Shown piece by piece: positions 1 to 8,580 of a stretch of 34,165 bases of DNA (position 1 is the first letter of the stretch; the number at the start of each line of letters is the position of its first letter). The notes under the pieces were generated by a model, which saw only the letters and a list, made by a program, of their open reading frames with translations, was not told the DNA's origin and did not search any database. This stretch comes from a virus (taxonomy: Duplodnaviria; Caudoviricetes). The stretch is taken from the IMG/VR virus record IMGVR_UViG_3300032320_000196, positions 1 through 34,165 of that record; one strand, given 5' to 3'. The translations under genes were made by a program, and so were the position numbers.

Positions 1-123
1 GGATGCCCTACGAGGGTTATCTCCCGACTTAACTGGTGGTTTTAAATTGCCACCTGTTTCTGCATTATACGATGCTCTGCCTTTAGCATTCAAGCCCCCT
101 TTGGGGTTTTGATGCGCTTTTAA
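1..123. repeat. Terminal direct repeat, left copy (circular assembly overlap)
   Basis: 1..123 is identical to 34043..34165 and lies inside a CDS that reads through the junction. Confidence 0.95.
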
Positions 124-129
124 GGTCAT
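1..129 (-). CDS. 5' part of junction-spanning DUF6321-like small basic protein (MTLKAHQNPKGGLNAKGRASYN...)
   Basis: ATG at 129 overlaps the stop of the upstream ORF (ATGA); continues in frame into 34042..33893 after circularisation. Confidence 0.85.
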   Translation of the reverse strand, partial: MTLKAHQNPKGGLNAKGRASYNAETGGNLKPPVKSGDNPRRAS

Positions 130-272
130 TTCTTTTTAGCAGTCTTAGCTGCTTGCTTAAATGCCGCCTCAGTAGGTGCACCTTTAGAACCAACCTTACG
201 CATCTTTTCCTTAGAACCCGCTTTGATGCGTTCTTGTTTGGCATTGATGTTAGCGTAGAGACCTTGTTTCAT
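126..272 (-). CDS. Small Lys-rich protein, 48 aa (MKQGLYANINAKQERIKAGSKEKMRKVGSKGAPTEAAFKQAAKTAKKK)
   Basis: Hand-translated, below the ORF track cutoff; ATGA overlaps with both neighbours. Confidence 0.8.
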   Translation of the reverse strand: MKQGLYANINAKQERIKAGSKEKMRKVGSKGAPTEAAFKQAAKTAKKK

Positions 273-439
273 TTTTTCTTAGGCATCTTTTTAGTCATGC
301 CAGCCTCACTTAAAGCAATCGCAACTGCTTGTTTTTGATTCTTTACTACAGGGCCTTTCTTAGAGCCAGAGTGCAACATACCAGCACCATACTCTTTCAT
401 AACCTTGCTAATCTTAGTTTGAGCTTTAGTCTTTTTCAT
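269..439 (-). CDS. Small basic DUF6496-like protein, 56 aa (MKKTKAQTKISKVMKEYGAGMLHSGSKKGPVVKNQKQAVAIALSEAG...)
   Basis: Hand-translated; KVMxEY..LHSG..KQAxAIALSEA motif; coupled to neighbours. Confidence 0.8.
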   Translation of the reverse strand: MKKTKAQTKISKVMKEYGAGMLHSGSKKGPVVKNQKQAVAIALSEAGMTKKMPKKK

Positions 440-440
440 A

Positions 441-722
441 TCAGTACATGATCTTGGCAGTGATTGTGCCAGTTACATAAACTGTGCAATTGGCTCTTAG
501 ATACTTAGGCGCATTTGCCACAGTAATGATGCCATCACCAGTTAAGGCTGTACCAATCGTTGAATATGTTACCCCGTCCAAACTTCCTTGCAAAGCAACA
601 GTAGCACTTGTGATGCCTGAAACTTGAAGAAATGCTGGTTGACCAGGATCAGCTTGAACTGCGGTTGATGCGCCAGTAGCGACAACGGCATTCAAAAGTG
701 TAATTGGAGCAGTTATAGCCAT
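441..722 (-). CDS. Hypothetical beta-rich virion-associated protein
   Basis: 93 aa in the structural operon; LQGSLDG motif, Thr/Ala/Val-rich. Confidence 0.7.
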   Translation of the reverse strand: MAITAPITLLNAVVATGASTAVQADPGQPAFLQVSGITSATVALQGSLDGVTYSTIGTALTGDGIITVANAPKYLRANCTVYVTGTITAKIMY

Positions 723-907
723 TATTTACCCCTTGTGGATTTCTTCATCATGTTCGTAGCAGTACGACCACCACGAGTAGGCATAGCTTTAGGCTTACCA
801 ATAGCAATCATTACAGTAACGGGCATAGATTTCTTCTTGCCATACTCTTTGGCTTCTTTCTCGCCTTTTTCTGTGTATGGGAATTTCTTGTTTCCAACTT
901 GTGGCAT
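722..907 (-). CDS. Small Lys-rich protein (MPQVGNKKFPYT...)
   Basis: 61 aa, coupled to the downstream ORF, strongly basic. Confidence 0.75.
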   Translation of the reverse strand: MPQVGNKKFPYTEKGEKEAKEYGKKKSMPVTVMIAIGKPKAMPTRGGRTATNMMKKSTRGK

Positions 908-915
908 ATAAATCC

Positions 916-1119
916 TTATCGAACTAGCTTGGTTGCAATGAAAGAAATGATACCGCCAACAACAGAGGCGATAGCCATTCCTACGAAAAAGCCACCTTTA
1001 GACTTGTTTGCCATTTCTAAAAGCGTTTTAATATCTTGGCGAAGTGCGTGAACTTCTGCTTGAAGAGCCTCAACTTGAGCTTCCAACTTGCCAAATTCTC
1101 TTGGATCAATTTCCGACAT
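916..1119 (-). CDS. Coiled-coil protein with C-terminal transmembrane helix (XhlA/holin-like)
   Basis: Likely start MSEIDPREFG at 1119 after GAGG; heptad coiled coil then hydrophobic C-terminus. Confidence 0.65.
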   Translation of the reverse strand: MSEIDPREFGKLEAQVEALQAEVHALRQDIKTLLEMANKSKGGFFVGMAIASVVGGIISFIATKLVR

Positions 1120-1282
1120 TTTCAACCTCTTTCTTTGGTCTTCCAACCTTAGGTTTGTCTTCAACTTTCTTTGGAGTTTCCTCAACAAGGACGTATCCTT
1201 CGTGACCTTTCATGCTATCAATATCATGCTGATAGGTGAAAGTAACTGTGTTTCCCGACTTTAGACAACGAAAAGTAGCCAT
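1106..1282 (-). CDS. Hypothetical protein, 58 aa (MATFRCLKSGNTVTFTYQHDIDSMKGHEGY...GRPKK)
   Basis: Hand-translated; GGAG RBS upstream. Confidence 0.75.
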   Translation of the reverse strand: MATFRCLKSGNTVTFTYQHDIDSMKGHEGYVLVEETPKKVEDKPKVGRPKKEVENVGN

Positions 1283-1291
1283 AAAAACTCC

Positions 1292-1318
1292 AAAAAAAGG
1301 GGGGTATTAGCCCCCTTT
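1292..1318 (-). terminator. Rho-independent terminator
   Basis: Minus strand GGGGG/CCCCC stem with a short loop, followed by a T-tract. Confidence 0.8.
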
Positions 1319-1320
1319 AA

Positions 1321-1644
1321 TTAAACTGCACGACCAATAATTAAGGTCAATGTAGTTGATGCCAAGTCTACAGAACCTGCTGTAGGGTTGTAAGTCACGA
1401 TAGTAACTGTGTTAGCGGCTGAAACATAGGCTCTACGAACCAAACCTGCCTCAGAAACGCCAACAGACATACCGATAACCATATCACCCAAAGCAACGCC
1501 TGGAACTGTAACTGTATCTGTAGCGGTTGCAGTAGTAGCTACTGATGCGCTATCAAGAGTGCATGAAACGTCCCAAGTGTCTGTAAACAAACCACGGAAC
1601 TGGTCATTGCCCCTGCGGGAAACAACTGCTGTTGCTGCTGCCAT
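1321..1644 (-). CDS. Putative capsid decoration/minor structural protein
   Basis: 107 aa, Thr/Val/Ala-rich, directly downstream of the capsid gene, AGGAGG RBS. Confidence 0.6.
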   Translation of the reverse strand: MAAATAVVSRRGNDQFRGLFTDTWDVSCTLDSASVATTATATDTVTVPGVALGDMVIGMSVGVSEAGLVRRAYVSAANTVTIVTYNPTAGSVDLASTTLTLIIGRAV

Positions 1645-1665
1645 AATAAATTCCTCCTAAATTAA

Positions 1666-1696
1666 GAAAAAACTCCCCCACCCGAAGATGAGGGAG
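1666..1696 (-). terminator. Rho-independent terminator after the major capsid gene
   Basis: CTCCCTCATC-TTCG-GGTGGGGGAG-TTTTTT with a C(UUCG)G tetraloop. Confidence 0.85.
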
Positions 1697-1708
1697 AAGT
1701 GGCAACTA

Positions 1709-2671
1709 TTAGGCTGGAACTGCTAACGCAAATGCGCTAGAAGACAAAGCTGCACCAGTTGTGGCGGCTGTACGCATTGCTTTCACACCATAAAGTGTGT
1801 CAGATGTGAACAGGGTAGCCAAGTAGTCTTGTTTGTACTGAGTTTGTGAGCGAATGCCCATTTGCTCAACCAAGACCATAGAGTCCTTGTGACCCATCAA
1901 GCAGATACGATCTGTTTGGGTATTACCAAAGGCAGTATCAGCATTGCTTGTTGTGAACACGGGGATACCATACAGTTGACCGATTTCACCATTGCGGATT
2001 GCATTGCCATTACCCACAAAAGCCTGCTCGGTGTAACGGGCAAGACCCATCAACGTATTGCGGCTTGAAGGAGGAATGATAAAGAAGCGACCATCCATAG
2101 GAGTGTCGTTGTCATCCAAACGCTGAATAGTGCGACGAATAGCAGCGTCAGTCAATGCGGAAGCATTGGAAGATGTGCTGTTATAAACAGTAGTACCATC
2201 ACCGCCAACAAAGGCTTTGGTGGATGTATTGCTTGTCGCATAGTCGTTAGTACCGACAGTAGCACCATTGAATGCACGACCCAATTGGATCAAGCTCGTG
2301 TCTACTTGCTTGGCAAGCGCATAGCCAGCGTCAGCAGTGTAGAACTGGCGCAAGCTATTCAAGGCTTGTGCTTCAACGATGTCCTCAATGAAACGTGAAT
2401 ACTCAAAGTGTTGGTTAATGTTAACCAAAACTTCTGTCTCAGTATCGGCAATCAGAGTAACGGCAGTAGATGCCGCTTTAGCTGTTGCGTTACCACGGGT
2501 AGGTGCGGGAATGTGAACCACATCGCCCTTTTTACCCTTGAAGTTCATCTTCATTACGATGTTAGCCAATACAAGGTTTTTCTTGTAAGAGGCTACGATT
2601 TCATCAGACCAGATTTCTGGGATGAATTTGTCTGCGGTGGTTACTGTTACCGCTGGTGTTGGATATGCCAT
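1709..2671 (-). CDS. Major capsid protein (HK97 fold)
   Basis: 320 aa; FIPEIWS, KKGDVVHIP, IGQLYGIPVFTT and DTLYGVK motifs; follows scaffold. Confidence 0.9.
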   Translation of the reverse strand: MAYPTPAVTVTTADKFIPEIWSDEIVASYKKNLVLANIVMKMNFKGKKGDVVHIPAPTRGNATAKAASTAVTLIADTETEVLVNINQHFEYSRFIEDIVEAQALNSLRQFYTADAGYALAKQVDTSLIQLGRAFNGATVGTNDYATSNTSTKAFVGGDGTTVYNSTSSNASALTDAAIRRTIQRLDDNDTPMDGRFFIIPPSSRNTLMGLARYTEQAFVGNGNAIRNGEIGQLYGIPVFTTSNADTAFGNTQTDRICLMGHKDSMVLVEQMGIRSQTQYKQDYLATLFTSDTLYGVKAMRTAATTGAALSSSAFALAVPA

Positions 2672-2689
2672 GATTAAATCTCCTAAAGT

Positions 2690-3430
2690 TTAACGAACAC
2701 GACCTTCTTGATAGGCTTGCATGATTTCATCACTTAAAGCGTCATATCTAGTTGGGTCTTGCATTTTGAGCCGAATAAGGTCAGCCCTTCTGTATACCTT
2801 CTTTGATGATTCACCAGAACCACCTACATCAACACCTACTGCCTTTAAGTTCTGCTTGCGAGTTACCTCACCCTCATCACTTACTTGCTTACTTTTTACA
2901 GTACGTAGCTGTTTATAGGTAGATAGCAATTCATTGGCTGAGTCAAAATCATATCCAGAATCGGCTTGCTCAAAAATCTTAATGCGAACAGGGCTAGACT
3001 TCACCCAATTTGCAAAATCCTGATCTTTAGCAATTTCGCCAAAGTCGGGATGTTCTTGCGCTAACCTTTGCTGAATCTGCGCCCTTTTCATTTCTAGCGT
3101 TGCTTGACGTGCCGCTAGGATGTCAGGGTGGTTATCAACAGTCCTTTGAACTGCCTTCTGTGGATTCTCAAAGAAATCTACTTCAGGCTCTTCCTGTCTA
3201 GTTTGTTGTCGTGAACCAAGGTTCTGTTTGATAAGTTCATCGGCTAACTTTCTGACCTCGCCAACTTCTTGTGCTTGCTTTCCAATTAGCTTTTCAGCCT
3301 CTTGGTGCATCCTCACAATGTCGTCTAAACTTTTGTCCCTGTATTTCTCAGGAAGTTCAGGTTTTTGCTCGATCTTCTGTTGCTCAATCTCTAACTCACC
3401 CAACTCTTCTTTGTCATCATCAATCAACAT
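2690..3430 (-). CDS. Capsid scaffolding protein
   Basis: Acidic helical protein; PEKYRDKS...AEKLIGKQAQEVGEVRK and C-terminal AYQEGRV; between portal and capsid. Confidence 0.8.
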   Translation of the reverse strand: MLIDDDKEELGELEIEQQKIEQKPELPEKYRDKSLDDIVRMHQEAEKLIGKQAQEVGEVRKLADELIKQNLGSRQQTRQEEPEVDFFENPQKAVQRTVDNHPDILAARQATLEMKRAQIQQRLAQEHPDFGEIAKDQDFANWVKSSPVRIKIFEQADSGYDFDSANELLSTYKQLRTVKSKQVSDEGEVTRKQNLKAVGVDVGGSGESSKKVYRRADLIRLKMQDPTRYDALSDEIMQAYQEGRVR

Positions 3431-3487
3431 ACTTTTTCCTTTTCCTGCCGTTGTTCGGTTGTAGGAGATTCAACTCGGCATAATTGC

Positions 3488-3715
3488 TTATGAGTTGAGT
3501 TTCTGCTCCGCTTTCAATCTATCTAAGTGGCTTTTCTCGAACCTTCCATGCGATGATGGAAACGCTCCAGACCACCCTTCTAGCTTAAAAGCTGGTGCAG
3601 ATAAAATGCGATGAGTTTCCTCACCACAATCACACACAAGACTTGTTGACTCATAATCAACAAATCTCTCTGTCTTATGCCCGTTTATACAGGCAAATTC
3701 ATACATTCTTCTCAT
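3488..3715 (-). CDS. FmdB-like zinc-ribbon protein
   Basis: MYEFACxxGH...CDCG...RILSAP pattern. Confidence 0.7.
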   Translation of the reverse strand: MRRMYEFACINGHKTERFVDYESTSLVCDCGEETHRILSAPAFKLEGWSGAFPSSHGRFEKSHLDRLKAEQKLNS

Positions 3716-3938
3716 TTAAGTCCTCAAATGCTCTTTCGCTGACTTGTTTCAAGTTTTTCAGCCAAATTAGTATTGAATACTCACCTTTTCTGAATTGTAG
3801 ACTTTTTTCGTCTGCAATTGTTGAGATATTATTCAAAGGTTCAATCATTTTGTCAACATCTTCCATTAAATCTACCCACCCTTGAGTGGACATCATGGAA
3901 AATCTCTCTTCGTAGTACTTCTGAAGTTCTGGATTCAT
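3699..3938 (-). CDS. Small conserved protein downstream of portal
   Basis: 79 aa, helical, coupled to the portal stop. Confidence 0.7.
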   Translation of the reverse strand: MNPELQKYYEERFSMMSTQGWVDLMEDVDKMIEPLNNISTIADEKSLQFRKGEYSILIWLKNLKQVSERAFEDLNEKNV

Positions 3939-5929
3939 TGTCTAGTCATCTGCTTTTCAACAATCTTAGCCTTGTTCTGAATATCAGCTTCTTTAAGCAT
4001 CAATTCAGCAACTTTGACACGCTTATCAAACTCTTTTGAAGCCAAAGCGTCATCAGTAGGGAGGTTCTTGGTATTAGCCGCCATACTCTTTGCTTGCAAC
4101 TCAATAGGCATCAATTGCGCTTCAGTCAATAACTTTTGCGCTTCAGCCTTATTCTGCTCTGCTTGTGTAGTTTGGACAGCAATCTGAGCCTGAGCCAGTT
4201 GCATAGCCAATTGTTGTTGCATCTGAGCCGCTTGTTGAGCCTGTGGATCAGCAGTAGCCATCTTGTCTAGCATCTCGATCAACTCAAATCTGTTTGACAG
4301 AGAAGAATTAGCCATGATGCCCTTCAAAATGATAGGCAAAACAGGTGTATTAGGGCCAAGAGTCTGGAGTAGCGCAATGAACTGTTGTTGCTCATGCTCA
4401 CGGGCAATGATTCCAAGCGCAGCAGTAGGAATGAACTTCATGTCCACAGTAGGGTAACGCTCTGGATCGAACTGCATATAGCGGTAGGCGGCTTTGGTGA
4501 TGAAGGGAATCATAAAATCCTCTTGGAAGTTCACCAAGGTACGCTTGTATTTCTTGATAATAGAGGCAGTAGCCATCGAAATACCGCCCTGACCCGCATC
4601 TCTGGAGACAGCCGTAACCATTCCCTGTGAGTCTAGAGTGCCTGTTGCCATCAAAAGCATACGTTCAAACTCTTTGGCAGTTGTCAGGTTAGAACCATCA
4701 GTATTGCCAAACTTGAACGGGAACAGAATCTCATTGGGATTGCCATTTGTCAGGATTGCTTTACCTGGCTTTACTTCAAACTTAGCACCCCTTGGTAGAC
4801 GGGTGGCATCCATAGCCATCATTGGGCTAGTTGTCAGAGCAAGTGAATCTAAGTGTGAACGAACTTGGGCATCTATGGCTTTTTGTGAGTTGTAAGCCTT
4901 CTCAACAGTACCACGACCCAACAAGCGATTAGGAACTGTATCGTCCTGATATGCAAGGATTGGGCGGTCTTTCATCATGTATGGGTTCTTTTCAGCTTTG
5001 AGAAGAGTCCCATCATTGGCGATAACTACGATAGCCTCAACCATATCGGAATACTCATCCTGAATAGAGTCTTCAGGGAATAAGTCTTCTACTTCGCCAT
5101 CTTCTTCATTTTCTAGTTGCTCAAGATACTCTCTAGGAACTAAACCATAGTAGGTTAAAAGTTTAACTTTATCGTCTTCGTACTGGGAGACTTCTTGTGT
5201 AGGCTCTAAGTCTGTGTCCATAGAGTCAGTACCGACCTTTACCTTGCGGTAGATGCCTTCTTCTTGACCTTTAACGATCTTGTGGATAGAGACATACTTC
5301 TCAATAGCCACACCCATACAGTCATCAATAGATGTTCCATTGGGGTCAAACAAGAAGTTACGGGGGTTAACAGGAACAATCTTGACTGCAATGCGGTCTT
5401 GTTCCACCACTCCGATAGCGGCTTGCCCCATTTGACCAGGTATTGCCTGAGTAGCGGGAACAAAGACTTTCTCTGTTTTGACAACAATCTCACCGATGCC
5501 CGTACCATAGATTTCAGCCAACAGCTCAATCTGGTCAATAGACTTGCGAATCTTGTCTACTTTAAAGTCTTCCATCAGTTGTGCTTTGATAGCAGCAACA
5601 TCTAGGGGGCTACCATTGACATCACGAATATCGTCTTGAATGTCAAAGAACTCACCCTGACCAAAGATAGCTTCCATGATCTCGGCATGGCGTGTCTCTA
5701 CGGCTTGTTGGGTAGCAGGGGTAACGATACGGCTACGCTCGGACTCACGGGTTTTGTCTTGGGCATCCCATTCACCATTGAAGATGCGCTCGTACTCTAG
5801 CCAATCAGTTAGGCAATTGACATCTCTCCAATCCCTCCACCTGTCACAATGGTTGACAACAAAGTTAACTATCTCTTTGTCTGAGTCTGATGGTTCATCA
5901 AACTTGTTGAATTCGTCTGCCATAGTCAT
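3935..5929 (-). CDS. Portal protein (podovirus type)
   Basis: 664 aa; NPRNFLFDP motif, Gln-rich C-terminal barrel; position after terminase. Confidence 0.9.
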   Translation of the reverse strand: MTMADEFNKFDEPSDSDKEIVNFVVNHCDRWRDWRDVNCLTDWLEYERIFNGEWDAQDKTRESERSRIVTPATQQAVETRHAEIMEAIFGQGEFFDIQDDIRDVNGSPLDVAAIKAQLMEDFKVDKIRKSIDQIELLAEIYGTGIGEIVVKTEKVFVPATQAIPGQMGQAAIGVVEQDRIAVKIVPVNPRNFLFDPNGTSIDDCMGVAIEKYVSIHKIVKGQEEGIYRKVKVGTDSMDTDLEPTQEVSQYEDDKVKLLTYYGLVPREYLEQLENEEDGEVEDLFPEDSIQDEYSDMVEAIVVIANDGTLLKAEKNPYMMKDRPILAYQDDTVPNRLLGRGTVEKAYNSQKAIDAQVRSHLDSLALTTSPMMAMDATRLPRGAKFEVKPGKAILTNGNPNEILFPFKFGNTDGSNLTTAKEFERMLLMATGTLDSQGMVTAVSRDAGQGGISMATASIIKKYKRTLVNFQEDFMIPFITKAAYRYMQFDPERYPTVDMKFIPTAALGIIAREHEQQQFIALLQTLGPNTPVLPIILKGIMANSSLSNRFELIEMLDKMATADPQAQQAAQMQQQLAMQLAQAQIAVQTTQAEQNKAEAQKLLTEAQLMPIELQAKSMAANTKNLPTDDALASKEFDKRVKVAELMLKEADIQNKAKIVEKQMTRQ

Positions 5930-5940
5930 TACTTTCTATA

Positions 5941-6678
5941 CTATTTAATAGTGGGTTCAAAAGGATTCTTAAATATATCTCTTGAGTAATTAAGATACAT
6001 ATCTTTTGAAGTTTCTCGATTTTTCTCAATTTGAGTTTGTTTTGACAAGGCGGCAGAACGCTTTAAGGATTCTGGTAAATTTTGATACATAGACAATAAA
6101 ATGTCAAACTCAGTAGCCATTGAAGGATTGAAGTGAGGGTTCTCTCCTTCTGATCTTTGGTTTGAAGGCACAGACATTTTGCCAACACCAAAGGCTTGAG
6201 CCTCCATTGGAGATCGCCTATATCTTTCATAGTCTTTATCTCCTCTAGGAGATGTATACATTTGCCTAGACATATTCTCAAAGGCTTTGGTATCAGACCG
6301 ATTTTTTGATTTATCAAAACTACCTACATTGCCAAACTGGTCAACAAACATTTGCTCAGAAGCTCGAAGGTACTGCTGCTCTTGGTCTGTAAGTTTTGCG
6401 CCTTGTTGTTTCTTTTTTTGTATTGCAATAGCGGTATTTATAAGAAGATTCTGTTGAACAGAATGAGACATCTCATGTGCCAATGTATTTAGATTCTGGT
6501 CTCTGAGGTCTTCATTTCTACCAGTTAATGACGCATCTGGCGCAACAACTCGGTTAATTTCAGGGTTAAACAAACCAGTTGCTTCTCCAGCAGGATACAT
6601 ATTTGCCTGTTTAGGCAAAAGCCCGTACTGCTTTAATACGTCATATAGACGAGAAGGATTAAATAGTCCATCTGCCAT
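5941..6678 (-). CDS. Hypothetical zincin-like (HEXXH) protein inserted between terL and portal
   Basis: TLAHEMSH motif and distal EAQAF glutamate. Confidence 0.6.
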   Translation of the reverse strand: MADGLFNPSRLYDVLKQYGLLPKQANMYPAGEATGLFNPEINRVVAPDASLTGRNEDLRDQNLNTLAHEMSHSVQQNLLINTAIAIQKKKQQGAKLTDQEQQYLRASEQMFVDQFGNVGSFDKSKNRSDTKAFENMSRQMYTSPRGDKDYERYRRSPMEAQAFGVGKMSVPSNQRSEGENPHFNPSMATEFDILLSMYQNLPESLKRSAALSKQTQIEKNRETSKDMYLNYSRDIFKNPFEPTIK

Positions 6679-6680
6679 TC

Positions 6681-7940
6681 TTATACCCCACTAATAATAT
6701 CTACAGGTTGCCAATCCTCACTATCATCTTCTTCCATGTAAGATGTAACAGCCAGTTGGTCAATGTAACTGAGGGAGTCAGGCAAGTCATCATGGACTCC
6801 TTGAGCAGGGAACAGGATTAACTGGTCTACAAACTCATCCCAATCTTCTTCCGAATTTAACACAATTCTGCCATGCTCGAACCTACCTTGTAAAGCCCAG
6901 ATGATTCTGTCTGCTTTTTTTCTATTCCCATGGGTCAAATCTACGATATGAGCAAAGGTGTTGTTCTTTCGCATAAGGTCTGACAAATAGGGCAAAACAG
7001 CGTTCTTTAACGCCCCCCTCTCTATCCCCACACTCAAAGGGCGGTAGTCCCGAATAGCCATCAGAATCTTGGCAGCAGTCTCTCGGATGTCCCAACGTCC
7101 ATGTTCAATCTTCTCAACAAACCACTTCCCATCGTCTGTTACCTTAACAATTGAGATCGCAGACTCGTCCAGACGCTTCTTAGCGTTAGCTGCTTGTTTG
7201 GCAACCTCCTCGAACCCTGCAAGGTCAACAGCGATGTAATAGCTTCCATGTTCAGGTTTAACCCCGTATTTGATCCACTCTTCCTTAAAGATGTCAGAAC
7301 CCGCATTGGTAAAAGAAGCCATAAACTCTTGCTTAAAAGCGAAAGAACTCAGGGTCTTTTTAGCGGAATCTATTTCTGCTTGGTCAATCAATGGGTTGTC
7401 AGCAGTGGTGAAGTGCCAAGACTTCCAATCAGGGTCATCCTCTGACTCGCCCAACTTAAAGGTGTCATAGAACCAGTTTCTACCCTTCGGAGTGCCAATA
7501 AAGAGTGCTCTCCCCCGTTTATCAGACAAACTGGCTCGGATAACTTGTTCCCATGCTTCAGGCTTAATGTCGGCAACCTCATCGAGAACGGCATAGGTCA
7601 GTGAGACACCACGAAGGGTATCAGGTCTATCCGCACCACGAACGTATATCCTAGCCCCGTTTATCAGGGTAATGTCTAAGTTGTTAACGTGACTGCTCTG
7701 AATAACCTCTCTACCAAGGTCTAGCAGTAAGTCCCAGATGATTTGACGGCTTTGTCCCATAGTGGGACTAACGTAGAGAACCGCAGAGCCTTGAGGACAC
7801 TTGAGTCCCTCAATCAGTAGGGTAACTGCCGCCATGCGTGACTTACCGCACCTACGCCCAGCAGCCACAACCTTGAACCTAGTTTGGTCTTTGAAGACTT
7901 CTTGTTGCCAAGGAAGTAGAGAGAAGTTCAGATCAGCCAT
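6681..7940 (-). CDS. terL: Terminase large subunit
   Basis: Walker A AGRRCGKS, Walker B AVLDE, GTPKG coupling motif, nuclease VDLA and HDDLPD. Confidence 0.95.
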   Translation of the reverse strand: MADLNFSLLPWQQEVFKDQTRFKVVAAGRRCGKSRMAAVTLLIEGLKCPQGSAVLYVSPTMGQSRQIIWDLLLDLGREVIQSSHVNNLDITLINGARIYVRGADRPDTLRGVSLTYAVLDEVADIKPEAWEQVIRASLSDKRGRALFIGTPKGRNWFYDTFKLGESEDDPDWKSWHFTTADNPLIDQAEIDSAKKTLSSFAFKQEFMASFTNAGSDIFKEEWIKYGVKPEHGSYYIAVDLAGFEEVAKQAANAKKRLDESAISIVKVTDDGKWFVEKIEHGRWDIRETAAKILMAIRDYRPLSVGIERGALKNAVLPYLSDLMRKNNTFAHIVDLTHGNRKKADRIIWALQGRFEHGRIVLNSEEDWDEFVDQLILFPAQGVHDDLPDSLSYIDQLAVTSYMEEDDSEDWQPVDIISGV

Positions 7941-8307
7941 ACTTAGCCTCTACATCTTCAGGTTGTTCAGTATTCTCAACAATAATCGGTTCTTGTCCCA
8001 AGCCAGTGATATTGATGGTTACGGCACTTCTCTGAGACTTGTCCTTTTCAAACAAAGAAACAGGGAGAGTCCTATCAAGACACATCTTCAAAGCTACTAA
8101 TTGATGTGGATGCTCATCATTAAGGGCTATCTCAATAACCTTCTGAGCCACATCCTTACCCCCACTCCTAATCATTAGCTCTTTAAGCTCCTTGAGACGT
8201 TGATGGTCTGTCTTAGGTAGTACAAGGGGTGGATTGTCAGCAAACCTCTGTATGGTCATCTTGACGCTCCCCTTTGGTCTTCCTCTTCCTCTTTTCAATT
8301 GTTCCAT
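7933..8307 (-). CDS. terS: Terminase small subunit
   Basis: N-terminal RGRGRPKGS, overlaps terL start, AAGGAG RBS. Confidence 0.75.
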   Translation of the reverse strand: MEQLKRGRGRPKGSVKMTIQRFADNPPLVLPKTDHQRLKELKELMIRSGGKDVAQKVIEIALNDEHPHQLVALKMCLDRTLPVSLFEKDKSQRSAVTINITGLGQEPIIVENTEQPEDVEAKYG

Positions 8308-8406
8308 TGGTTCTCCTTGGAATTGTCAATTTAGCTTTTTCTGAGGGTGGGATGTACCACAAATATCTACCAACCCAACCTACCCCCTCCCCCCCATACA
8401 TCTCCC

Positions 8407-8418
8407 AGGGTTTACCCT
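8407..8418. promoter_or_regulatory. AGGGTTTACCCT palindrome, copy 1
   Basis: Near-perfect palindrome that recurs in intergenic regions. Confidence 0.7.
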
Positions 8419-8419
8419 C

Positions 8420-8455
8420 ATGTCTTTTTATACAGTACTGGCTAAACATACAGCA
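8420..8455. promoter_or_regulatory. Tandem LexA (SOS) boxes
   Basis: CTG-GCTAAACATA-CAG at 8438..8453 flanked TA..CA; one-mismatch ATG-TCTTTTTATA-CAG at 8420..8435. Confidence 0.7.
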
Positions 8456-8470
8456 TAGGGTTTACCCTTA
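8456..8470. promoter_or_regulatory. AGGGTTTACCCT palindrome, copy 2
   Basis: TAGGGTTTACCCTTA. Confidence 0.7.
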
Positions 8471-8477
8471 CCTTGTC

Positions 8478-8500
8478 TAAATGCGAATGATTCTCATTTA
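8478..8500. promoter_or_regulatory. Fur box 1
   Basis: TAAATGCGAATGATTCTCATTTA, 11-1-11 inverted repeat with one mismatch, resembling the Fur TGATAATnATTATCA core. Confidence 0.7.
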
Positions 8501-8551
8501 CGTTTTATGCAAGTGGGAAAGAGTGATGCACCATTTTTGATGTACTTGATC

Positions 8552-8574
8552 TAATTGAGAATCGTTTGCATTTA
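8552..8574. promoter_or_regulatory. Fur box 2
   Basis: TAATTGAGAATCGTTTGCATTTA; reverse complement matches box 1 at 20/23 positions. Confidence 0.65.
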
Positions 8575-8580
8575 GCCTTC

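Noticed and set aside
153-338. Plus-strand 61-aa ORF and similar antisense ORFs throughout the late operon
   Set aside because: Opposite to tightly coupled minus-strand genes
8237-8480. Short ORFs on both strands upstream of terS
   Set aside because: They overlap the regulatory array and G-tract, and lack a convincing RBS
8527-8544. NtrC-like site TGCACCATTTTTGATGTA between the Fur boxes
   Set aside because: Only one good half-site and the spacing is one base too long; worth rechecking in relatives
8546-8559. FNR-like TTGAT half-site
   Set aside because: The second half (ATCAA) is absent
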